DNA from: Eledone cirrhosa
Taxonomy: Eukaryota
Length of the DNA: 64,000 nucleotides
Direction of reading: 5' to 3'
NCBI GenBank assembly: GCA_964016885.1
Contig: OZ024752.1
Span: 34,472,001 to 34,536,000, forward strand
Below the pieces are notes generated by a model. It had not been told where the DNA came from. It did not search any database and saw only the letters and a list, made by a program, of their open reading frames with translations. Of the stretch, positions 1-9,870 are shown piece after piece; the stretch's first letter is position 1, and each line of letters starts with the position of its first letter. A program made the position numbers and the translations under genes.

Positions 1-148
1 ATTCGACATGGTCGTAGGCGTAGTCATAGTAGGAGTAATACCCCTAAGCATTATTATTGTTCATTTAGCTTGGGTTGGAATTTATCAATAAAATTCTTTT
101 CTTTAATTAAAAATTGTACATTGTACGATCGTGTGCAGACAGACCAGC

Positions 149-276
<128 letters not shown>

Positions 277-397
277 TCAGATTGTTAGGCCATTACTCAC
301 CAGAGTATTCGATACCTGGAGTAGTAGAATGTGTAATATGAAAAAAAATTCAGGATCCCGACGACCGGAGCTCAATGTCGGGGTTGCTGAATTTTTT

Positions 398-420
398 CAT
401 ATATATACATACATATATAT

Positions 421-484
<64 letters not shown>
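398..484. repeat. Compound (TA)n/(GA)n microsatellite
   Basis: Short TA-rich run followed by about 30 GA units. Confidence 0.95.
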
Positions 485-487
<3 letters not shown>

Positions 488-613
488 GTTGGTCACTAAA
501 CCATGATTAATCATATTGTTTGCAAATGTCCTAAGATAGTGCTGCAGACTTGGTGGAGCAGTGGAACACTGGGAGAATCAAGATGTCAGCACAAACTCGT
601 TTCCTCCAGCCGA

Positions 614-1110
614 TACGAAGATCGGCCGAAGAGTTCATAGGCTGACCAAGATACTCTCATGGAATGACCAAATGAGGTTTATTTTTCAACATAGTCCATG
701 GAAGGATACAATGTAGTTATTAATAAGAAGAATTGAAATTAATGCATGCAAGATTTCACAGCTCTAGCATCACTTCTACGTAGGCTGACCAAGATACTCT
801 CATGGAATGACCAAATGAGGTTTATTTTTCAACATAATCCCAGGAAAGAAACAATGCAGTTATTAATAATAAGAACAGTTGAAATTAATGCACGCAAGAT
901 TTCACAGCTCTAGCATCACTTCTACGTAGGCTGACCAAGATACTCTCACGGAACGACCAAATGAGGTTTATTTTTCAATATAGTCCCAGGAAAGAAACAA
1001 TGAAGTTATTAATAATAATAAGAGTTGAAATTAATGCATGCAAGATTTCACAGCCCCCTAGCATCACTTCTTCGTAGTCAATCCATGAACTTTTCAGCCA
1101 CCCTCGTGTA
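614..1110. mobile_element. Non-autonomous mariner-type MITE with degenerate ~31-bp TIRs
   Basis: Left end TA-CGAAGATCGGCCGAAGAGTTCATAGGCTGAC aligns with the reverse complement of the right end, CGAGGGTGGCTGAAAAGTTCATGGATTGAC. The CGAGGG...AAAAGTTCATGG pattern resembles Hsmar2/irritans-type mariner TIRs (recalled, not searched). TA lies at 614-615 and TGTA at 1107-1110. No transposase ORF. Confidence 0.7.
638..1077. repeat. Tandem repeat, 3 copies of ~145 bp, inside the MITE
   Basis: Unit TAGGCTGACCAAGATACTCTCA...GCATCACTTCTACG starts at 638, 781 and 927. Confidence 0.93.
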
Positions 1111-1199
1111 TAAGAACCAGGTTTATCTTTCTTAGTGTTTCTTGGATCTTAGAAACATCTCAATAACTTTTTATTACCATTTTTTATCGCATCCGCCCA

Positions 1200-1607
1200 A
1201 CCAACACACATATACACACATAAACATATCCGCATACACACACACACGCATGCATGCACTTTATCACACAATCCATACACATATACACGCATCCACACAC
1301 ATACATAAACATCTACTCACACATCCACTCACACACATACATGCACCGACACACATACACGCATGCATGCACTCATACACACACACACATCCATACATAT
1401 ACACATACACACACACATCCGCACACACACACACATAAACACTCACACACACATCCACACACACACGTACACAGACACACACATCCACGCACACACACAC
1501 ACACTCACACATACATACACACTCACACACACACTCACACACACACACATACACACACACACACATACACACACATACACACACACACACATACATCCAC
1601 ACACACA

Positions 1608-1670
<63 letters not shown>
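1200..1670. repeat. Degenerate to perfect (CA)n/(CATA)n microsatellite
   Basis: CA-rich low-complexity tract ending in a perfect CA run. Confidence 0.93.
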
Positions 1671-1672
<2 letters not shown>

Positions 1673-1795
1673 GCTAATAAAAATAATAATAAATATCTAA
1701 ATGGAAACATTTCTGACCTTTCAAGAGACAGAGACATTCCATTACTTTCTAATATCTCCACGGTTACGAAAAAGATAATTGACGTTGAACGACAT

Positions 1796-2632
1796 ACCCC
1801 CCACCCCCACCGCCTCCACCACTACTGCCACCACTACCACTGCCACCACCACCACTGCCACCACCACCACTACCACTGCCACCACCACAACCACTACCAC
1901 TACCACTGCCACCACCACACCACCACTACCACTGCCACCACCACCACAACCCCTGCCACCACCACCACTGCCACCACCATCACTACCACCACCACCACTG
2001 CCACCACCACCACTACCACTGCCACCACCACAACCACTACCACTACCACTGCCACCACCACACCACCACTACCACTGCCACCACCACCACAACCCCTGCC
2101 ACCACCACCACTGCCACCACCATCACTACCACTGCCACCACCACTACCACTGCCACCACTGCCACCACCACCACTGCCACCACCACCACCACCACTGCCA
2201 CTGCCACCACCACCACTGCCACCACCACCACCACTACCACTGCCACCACTACAACTGCTACCACTCACACCACCACCACCACTGCCACTGCCACCACCAC
2301 TACCACTACCATTGCCATCACTCACACCACCACCACCACTACTGCCACCACCACTACCACTACCATTGCCACCACCACCACCACCACCACCACCACACAT
2401 ACCACCACCACCACCACCACTGCCACCACCACTACCACTACCATTGCCATCACTCACACCACCACCACCACTGCCACCACCACCACTACTGCCACCACCA
2501 CTACCACTACCATTTCCACACCACCACCACCACCACCACACATACCACCACACACACACACACACACACACCACCACACACACACACACCACCACCACCA
2601 CCACCACACACACACCACACACACCACCACTA
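1796..2632. repeat. Complex (CAC/CCA)n trinucleotide repeat with CTA/CTG variants
   Basis: CCACCA/CTACCA/CTGCCA runs with phase shifts. The poly-T/P/H/G/V translations come from the repeat. Confidence 0.93.
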
Positions 2633-2967
2633 TCATCCACATAAGACCCAACTCACTCTTCCGCAACTAACAACAACATAGTTTAACTCGAGCAGGCGAC
2701 CAGACGACTCTCGTTCATATCGTTATCACAGCACAAAGGAACTTAACTCCCTTGCCTCGGTGCGAAATATTTCTGCAAGCTTCAATTAACAATTATATGT
2801 TTTGGGGCCAGTTATTTATTTATTCCCCAGTGGTCGTTGCCTTTTAAGAAAATGAATTCCACGCCTGAGATAAACTGAAGCATTAACTTACCAGAGATCT
2901 CGTGATGGCGGCCATTATTAAAATTGTCATAAGGTCTGAACAAATCAATGACACATATGTATAAGTA

Positions 2968-3000
2968 TATGTGTGTGTGTGTGTGTGCATAAAAAAAAAA

Positions 3001-3045
<45 letters not shown>
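2968..3045. repeat. (TG)n, poly-A and (TA)n simple repeats
   Basis: Seen directly in the sequence. Confidence 0.9.
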
Positions 3046-3048
<3 letters not shown>

Positions 3049-3249
3049 TTAGTTATACTATTTATGGTTATGTAAACACAAAACCTTAAGCAGTTGTAAG
3101 TATTTTACACACACCCTAAATAGTGGTAGGCAGTAATGTATTACTACCTTATTACCAGTAAGTTAAGTAGCTCAATGTAAAAACATCAGATGATTTACAG
3201 AGCAGTTATATGAAATATATGAATCAAAGAACTGTTCAAAACATTATTG

Positions 3250-3296
3250 TGCTTACAGCTGTTTCCTCCAAACCGAGGTTTGGATTCTTCGGAGCA
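3250..3296 (-). ncRNA. Mirror copy of the hammerhead-like motif at 4057-4103
   Basis: Reverse complement located in the left arm of the palindrome. Confidence 0.6.
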
Positions 3297-4056
3297 ATTT
3301 ATTAATGCATGGACAGTTATATGACCTCCTTTTCAGCCGAGAGACATACCAATACATATTCAAACATTGATACATATTCAAACATTGTGGGTCAACATTC
3401 ATTACAGAATTTAGAGTGGCAGTACACACTTCGAGATTACATTTATATTAATAGGTACAATCAAAAAAATCAAAGATATAGGTTAAAGTACAACATGAAG
3501 ATAAGTGGTTATATAGTGCAAATGTTATATGTGTGGCACGCATGTGCGTCTTGTTTATATAGTGTGGCAGAGAGATATGTGTGGTAGAGGCACTTAGGTA
3601 GGTAAATAAGAGTGTTAGGTTGGTAGATCTGGTGGCAAAGTCTTTATATGATTGATATAGTCTGTGTGTGGAGAAATTTCTCCACACACAGACTATATCA
3701 ATCATATAAAGACTTTGCCACCAGATCTACCAACCTAACACTCTTATTTACCTACCTAAGTGCCTCTACCACACATATCTCTCTGCCACACTATATAAAC
3801 AAGACGCACATGCGTGCCACACATATAACATTTGCACTATATAACCACTTATCTTCATGTTGTACTTTAACCTATATCTTTGATTTTTTTGATTGTACCT
3901 ATTAATATAAATGTAATCTCGAAGTGTGTACTGCCACTCTAAATTCTGTAATGAATGTTGACCCACAATGTTTGAATATGTATCAATGTTTGAATATGTA
4001 TTGGTATGTCTCTCGGCTGAAAAGGAGGTCATATAACTGTCCATGCATTAATAAAT

Positions 4057-4103
4057 TGCTCCGAAGAATCCAAACCTCGGTTTGGAGGAAACAGCTGTAA
4101 GCA
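4057..4103 (+). ncRNA. Type I minimal hammerhead ribozyme-like motif (variant core)
   Basis: TGCT-CCGAAGA-A-TCCAAACC-TC-GGTTTGGA-G-GAAA-C-AGCT-G-TA-AGCA. Helix I is TGCT/AGCA, helix II has up to 8 bp, helix III is the palindrome ACAGCUGU and the cleavage triplet is GUA. Deviations from consensus: U4 to C and an A/G mismatch at 10.1/11.1. Confidence 0.6.
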
Positions 4104-4134
4104 CAATAATGTTTTGAACAGTTCTTTGATTCAT

Positions 4135-4142
<8 letters not shown>

Positions 4143-4180
<38 letters not shown>

Positions 4181-4270
4181 GACACACACAATATAGATAG
4201 ATAGATAGGTAAATAGATAGATATAGATACACATATATATATATATAGACATAGATAAATATATATAGAC

Positions 4271-4318
<48 letters not shown>

Positions 4319-4319
4319 C

Positions 4320-4351
<32 letters not shown>

Positions 4352-4374
4352 TAGATACATATATATATAGACAT

Positions 4375-4435
<61 letters not shown>

Positions 4436-4470
4436 TAGATACATATATATAGACATATATATATATACAG

Positions 4471-4563
<93 letters not shown>

Positions 4564-4598
4564 TAGATACATATATATAGACATATATATATATACAG

Positions 4599-4632
<34 letters not shown>

Positions 4633-4658
4633 CTATATATATATATATATATATATAT
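4143..4658. repeat. (TA)n microsatellite with recurring GACATAGATAC and CAGC interruptions
   Basis: Seen directly; interruption blocks recur (for example at 4348, 4432 and 4560). Confidence 0.95.
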
Positions 4659-4870
4659 GTAGATAAATCTACCAAGAGTTTACGGTAGTGTCCAATCCGT
4701 ATGAAGAACTCAATGTATTCCGGATATCATGGAAAGAAGAGATGTAATGAAAATCCACAAATCTGTTGAATATGCATACCAATTATAACACATATATACC
4801 CTAGAAACGATCGTTAAATAATGAACTTTTTTTGTTTAATATAAGGAATTGTTTATTCATTATTTGTTTA

Positions 4871-4876
<6 letters not shown>

Positions 4877-4946
<70 letters not shown>

Positions 4947-4953
4947 CATATAT

Positions 4954-5003
<50 letters not shown>
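4877..5003. repeat. (TA)n/(CA)n compound microsatellite
   Basis: Seen directly in the sequence. Confidence 0.93.
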
Positions 5004-5220
5004 GGGGTAACAAGTTATCGTTATAGGTAATCCAGTTAGAGGTTGTGAGTACTCTGCGTCGTGGATAGTTTTAACGTACGGCTTTGTTTGACTCAACAAG
5101 ATGTTTCCATAGTTAGGCAGCGAGTTCGCGGTAATTCCTATGTAGGTTATACTTGGAGTAATAATAGTGAAAGAGTGAAGAGTAACATGGTTGGCTGTAC
5201 AACAAGGGGCTTTATTTCAG

Positions 5221-5331
5221 GTATTGACAATTGTTTCATTGATCAGATGAGGCTAAAGGCCGCTAATCACTCGAAGTTGCGTCACTCGATCTTCATTACA
5301 TTATTTACCTCTGATCAACTCATCAGAAAAC
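5221..5331 (-). ncRNA. Mirror copy of the hammerhead motif at 5332-5442
   Basis: TCATCAG at 5320-5326 and GACAATTGTTTC at 5226-5237 are the reverse complements of the core boxes. None of the arm mismatches falls in the core. Confidence 0.7.
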
Positions 5332-5442
5332 GTTTTCTGATGAGTTGATCAGAGGTAAATAATGTAATGAAGATCGAGTGACGCAACTTCGAGTGATCAA
5401 CGACCTTTAGACTCACCTGATCAATGAAACAATTGTCAATAC
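5332..5442 (+). ncRNA. Type I minimal hammerhead ribozyme motif with extended helix II
   Basis: Core CTGATGA (5337-5343). Helix II is G-TTGATCAG (5344-5352) paired with CTGATCAA-T (5417-5425). GAAA at 5426-5429. Helix III is the palindrome ACAATTGT and the cleavage triplet is GTC (5435-5437). Helix I is GTTTT/AATAC (4 of 5 pairs). AATAAA follows at 5447. Confidence 0.72.
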
Positions 5443-5712
5443 CTGAAATAAAGTCCCTTGTTGTACAGCCAACCATGTTACTCTTCATTCTAAGGAAAAG
5501 CGAAGTAGTTTCAGATGTTCAATATTTCAGATTATTCGATATTTACTCCGTCACTCCTATGTGGAAAAAGTACGTTGAGTGCTTGAATTGAATTGCATCA
5601 ATGTTTACCCTAATATATATATATATATATATATAAAGCATATATATAAAGCAAACAATACAGTACAATAAAGAAATATATTAGCTTAACGTTTGATATA
5701 GTAGGAAAAGAG

Positions 5713-5748
5713 GATTAACGTTTCGGACACTTGTCCTTCATCAGAAGA
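5713..5748 (-). ncRNA. Degenerate minimal hammerhead-like motif
   Basis: Minus strand reads CTGATGA-A-GGAC-AAGT-GTCC-GAAACGTTA with the palindrome AACGTT. Helix I is only ~2 bp, so the motif is probably decayed. Confidence 0.5.
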
Positions 5749-5819
5749 TAAAATGAGAAATAAAAAATAAAATAGAAAGATAGAGATTAAGAAGAGGAAG
5801 GAACGGAAAAAATATTTCT

Positions 5820-5852
<33 letters not shown>

Positions 5853-6060
5853 GGTGAACGTATGTATACCTACATACACACATGTGTATGTATGTGTGTG
5901 CGTATAAATACGTCTGTTTCACAAATGAAAGAAAGAGAACTCAAAATATAAAAGAGAGTAAAGCTTTAGATTTTATCAGCCAATAATACTTCTACAATAT
6001 TCCCCAAAACCCAATAACAAATCTCGGAACTCACTGTAACAAGTTGTGACAGAACAAACT

Positions 6061-6555
6061 GTGTTTATACTGCTACATTTAATGGGTTTACAGTGTTATA
6101 TTTAATGGGTTTATATTGCTACATTTAATGTGTGTTACACTGCTACATTTAATGGATTTATACTGTTACATTTAATGGGTTTACACTGTTATATTTAATG
6201 GGTTTATATTGCTATATTTAATGTGTTTTATACTGCTACATTTAATGGATTTATACAGCTAGATATAATGTGTTTACACTGCTACATTTAATAGGCGGTT
6301 TTCTGATACATTTAGTTGATTTATATGGTTACATTTAGTGTGTTTATACTGCTACATTAAATGTTTTGTTTCTGCAACATTTAATAGGATTATACCGCTA
6401 CATTTAGTCGGTTTATACTGCTACATTTAATGGGTTTATACTGCTACATTTAATGGATTTATATGGCTATATTTAGTGTGTCTATACTGCTACATTTAAT
6501 GGGATTTTTCAGCTACATTTAGTGGGTGAATACCTCTACATTTAGTGGGTTTATA
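6061..6555. repeat. 23-bp minisatellite, ~21 diverged copies
   Basis: Consensus GTTTATACTGCTACATTTAATGG with starts at 6063, 6086 and 6109. Confidence 0.92.
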
Positions 6556-6835
6556 AAGCCTCTGGTTACATATTTATCAGTGGGTTGCGAGAGATGTAAA
6601 CGGTCTTTGAAGATAATTCCAACAATTATTGAAAGTCATGTCAAGCTGTTAATCTTTTTCAATCTACGGAGAAGAAATTAAAAAAACAAGACATGTTTAC
6701 ATGTTTACAGATGTAAATGTATGTTTACATATATATCCCCCGCAGCTTTCGTTTTAGCCGCTGTTTCTGTACAGACTTGATTTTATAGTATAGTTTTGTT
6801 GCTTAGTACACAATTTAATGTATCTATTATATGCT

Positions 6836-6867
<32 letters not shown>

Positions 6868-7066
6868 CATACATACATATCTATATATATGAAAATATGT
6901 GTGTCTATACATGCATATGTATGTGTCCGACCGAATGCATGTGCATGTGTGTGTGTGTGTCTGTGTGCGTGTAAGTGCATGCGTGAGTGTTTGTGTGACA
7001 TGTGAGAGTGTGTGTGCATTTGTGCATGTGCAATCTTGAGTTTATGTGCCTGAGAGTGTGCATGCT

Positions 7067-7098
<32 letters not shown>

Positions 7099-7118
7099 GG
7101 AATGTGCATGCGTGTGTT

Positions 7119-7205
<87 letters not shown>

Positions 7206-7250
7206 CTGTGTATAATTTGAACAAAACAAACATATACACACACACACACA
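6836..7250. repeat. (TA)n and (TG)n microsatellite tract
   Basis: Seen directly in the sequence. Confidence 0.93.
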
Positions 7251-7448
7251 TAAGAAAGAGCCACACAATCACACCAACTCACAAACACGCATCACACAGG
7301 AAGTCAGTAGAGAAAAACAACCGCCAGCTCCATCTGTAGGTCTGAGTGCAAATTATATTTGAGTTCGTAATATATTTGTTAGTTTGAAGATCAAAAGCTT
7401 GGCAATGGCGTATTGTCTTTTGTTTTGAGCTCTCATTCGAATTCATAA

Positions 7449-7678
7449 CTCTTTTCTCTCCCCACCCTCTCTCTCTCTCACTCTCTCTCTCCCTCTCTCT
7501 CTATCGCTCTCTCACACCCTCTCTATCTATCTATCTATCCATCTATTTATCTCACCCGCTCTCTCTCTCTATCTATCTATCTATCTATCTCACCCTCTCT
7601 CTCTCACTCTCTCTCTCTATCTCTCTCTCTCACCCTCTCTCTCTCTCTATCTATCTATCTATCCATCTATTTATCTCA

Positions 7679-7709
<31 letters not shown>

Positions 7710-7805
7710 ACCCTCTCTCTCTCACTCCCCCTCACTCTCTCTCACCCTCTATCTCTCTCTCTATCTATCCATCTATTTATCTCACTCTCTCTCTCGCTCT
7801 CTCTC

Positions 7806-7840
<35 letters not shown>

Positions 7841-7841
7841 C
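7449..7841. repeat. Compound (TC)n/(TCTA)n repeat; left flank of the LINE
   Basis: Blocks such as TATCTATCTCACCCTCTCTCTCTCACTC recur, and the same repeat resumes at 13573. Confidence 0.93.
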
Positions 7842-8058
7842 TGGGATGGACACACGCGTATAACTTGCTGAGTAAGTTCTGTTTAAATTTCTATAGAAAT
7901 TCTTGTCTGATAACTTTAATTTTTGTACCATTTTGTAGAGGGACTGCCAGGTCAAACTTTGATCTGGTCAGTCTCTCAAAATATTCTACGCCTTTAGGCG
8001 AAATAGTTAAAAAAAAAAAAAAGTTTTTTTTTCTTGTTGAAAAGTCAATATTTTTTAA

Positions 8059-9846
8059 ATGGCCGAAGCTTCTTCACCAAAATTCGAAGGAGGAAAGGGG
8101 AAGATGAACTTACAGCTTCCCCCTGCCACTGTCACAGTAGCAGAGGTCAAGAAGATAGGTCAGCCAGAGGAAGAATTCTCTCCACCTGTTAACCGACAAC
8201 TTGACGTTGCCATGGCAACTACCCAAAGAACCAGCAGCAACAGCAACAACAACAACAATGCGACGGACGAAAGCAACACCAATAACAATAACAATAACAA
8301 CAACAACACCAATAACGGTGACAACAACAACAATGATAACAACAACACCACCAACGACAACAACAACACAAACAAACAAAATTTCTCCTTCGCCGAGACG
8401 ACAAGGAAAACCCTCGACTATCTGCCAGTAGATATAACAAAAGCGAAGGAGCTACTGGCGGATGCGAAAAAATATATAGTGTACGGGGAAAATGGTTCAT
8501 TCACAATCCATTCCCCCCCGGAACTAAAAAGCCAGAGACTCCTAAACACGGTCATGTTTAGGACAATTTCGAACAAAAGTAAAAAACCAGCTCAACCATC
8601 ACAGAGCGAGATAGAGCTGGTTTTAAAAGACGTCATGAAGGACATCACCTTCATTCAGAAGGATAGACTCTACGGGAGTCTATCCATTCTCATGAAGGAC
8701 AGGGACACAGCAGTGAAACTGTCCATCAAACCAATCACATCCACCGCATACACCTTCTACCCTACGTACATGGGTAGAAGAACACAAAAAATAAAAATCC
8801 ACACCATCCTGCCGATTATGGACATATGGTGGGTTTTGACAGGTTTTCTGGACCTGGAGGATGACATGCTGGTGTCCATGGGAAAGGCATCGGGTGACGC
8901 GTTCAGTGGAACGAGCCTCGAACTTGTAGTTCAAATGAGGCCCGAAAGGATCGCCCAGATCCCTGAACGCGTCATACTGGATGATCTAACCTTCATCAAC
9001 ATTACCGTTGAGGGTAGACGGCCCTCGTGTTACCTCTGCGGAACCAGAGGTCACCTGAGGGCTGTCTGTCCCCAACTTAATAAGAAAACCCCAATCCTGC
9101 CTACACCACCAACAACTGCACAACCAACACAATCACCACAACTACCACTACAAAAACAACCACCACAGCTCAAACCAAAACAAAACAATGTCCAACCCAT
9201 CCCCTCCACCCAAAAAACAAAAACAATTTCCAAAACACCCGTACCGCAAACACAACCCGAAAATATACCCCTCCCCTCCAACGCGGAAGATGACCCTAGT
9301 TCGTCGTCAGACGAGGAGGAGCACTTCCACACAATCAAAAGAAAAAAAAGAAAACACACCTCAGACACACAAATGAAAACAACCCCTCCCCAAAACATAA
9401 CACTGACACCAACACAAAAGAGCTCACAACAGCAAACAAAAAACACCACACAAAAACAAAAACATGCATACACATACATAAATACAAGAAACAAAAAACT
9501 GTTAAACATTGTGTACAACAACAATCTAATAAAAACACAAGGGCCTAACTTCACCCAGGCAGGGGATTTCCCCCACCTCAAAATGATTAAGGCCCCACAG
9601 GACACCTATAAAACTTTAAAAAACAATTTTAAAGAGGACGTGGGTCCCCCCTGCGTCGGGCCCATTAACCGCGTCCTCCTAAAAAACTATCCCACCCCCT
9701 CCCCAAACACCCTCACAACTCCAAGCTCCCCAACCACACAACACACTGATGCCCCCACACTTCCACAAACCACCACCCCACCCAACAACCCATCCCCCAC
9801 CCTAATGGAAATTGTGCAGCCCGATACCCGGGACGCAGAGAGGTAA
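8059..9846 (+). CDS. LINE ORF1p, gag-like nucleic-acid-binding protein with one CCHC zinc knuckle (595 aa)
   Basis: CYLCGTRGHLRAVC matches CX2CX4HX4C (9028-9069). Also has an Asn-rich tract, a basic KRKKRK patch and a Pro/Thr/Gln-rich C-terminus. Lies directly upstream of the RT ORF. Confidence 0.9.
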   Translation: MAEASSPKFEGGKGKMNLQLPPATVTVAEVKKIGQPEEEFSPPVNRQLDVAMATTQRTSSNSNNNNNATDESNTNNNNNNNNNTNNGDNNNNDNNNTTNDNNNTNKQNFSFAETTRKTLDYLPVDITKAKELLADAKKYIVYGENGSFTIHSPPELKSQRLLNTVMFRTISNKSKKPAQPSQSEIELVLKDVMKDITFIQKDRLYGSLSILMKDRDTAVKLSIKPITSTAYTFYPTYMGRRTQKIKIHTILPIMDIWWVLTGFLDLEDDMLVSMGKASGDAFSGTSLELVVQMRPERIAQIPERVILDDLTFINITVEGRRPSCYLCGTRGHLRAVCPQLNKKTPILPTPPTTAQPTQSPQLPLQKQPPQLKPKQNNVQPIPSTQKTKTISKTPVPQTQPENIPLPSNAEDDPSSSSDEEEHFHTIKRKKRKHTSDTQMKTTPPQNITLTPTQKSSQQQTKNTTQKQKHAYTYINTRNKKLLNIVYNNNLIKTQGPNFTQAGDFPHLKMIKAPQDTYKTLKNNFKEDVGPPCVGPINRVLLKNYPTPSPNTLTTPSSPTTQHTDAPTLPQTTTPPNNPSPTLMEIVQPDTRDAER

Positions 9847-9870
9847 GTGCCTTTTCTCTTCACCACCAAC

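Larger units (their letters stand above)
3207..4146. repeat. Spacer-less 940-bp palindrome (470-bp arms); probable inverted pLTR pair of a Penelope-like element
   Basis: Centre GAGAAA|TTTCTC at 3676/3677. ORFs 3309..3587(+) and 3766..4044(-) translate identically, as do 3448..3705(-) and 3648..3905(+). The palindrome is directly visible; the Penelope assignment is inferred from the hammerhead motif near each outer end. Confidence 0.9.
5172..5491. repeat. Spacer-less 320-bp palindrome (160-bp arms, ~7 mismatches); probable inverted pLTR pair of a second Penelope-like family
   Basis: Centre AGAAAAC|GTTTTCT at 5331/5332. The arms are reverse-complementary out to AGAGTGAAGAG (5172) and CTCTTCATTCT (5491). 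Confidence 0.9.

Noticed and set aside
1779-2681. His/Cys/Pro/Thr-rich 300-aa ORF and its Gly-rich antisense ORF
   Set aside because: These are translations of a CAC trinucleotide repeat with arbitrary phase shifts, and the plus-strand ORF has a non-ATG start.
3309-4044. Duplicated 92-aa and 85-aa ORFs as a gene pair
   Set aside because: They are mirror images produced by the palindrome and have no recognisable protein features.
4017-4066. Alternative hammerhead register CTGAAAA-GGAG...CTCC-GAAG
   Set aside because: Both core boxes are mutated and there is no helix I or III. The register at 4057-4103 fits better.
7900-8010. Hammerhead in the LINE 5' UTR (CTGATAA...GGCGAAA)
   Set aside because: The core lacks G8, and helices I-III cannot be formed in the required arrangement.
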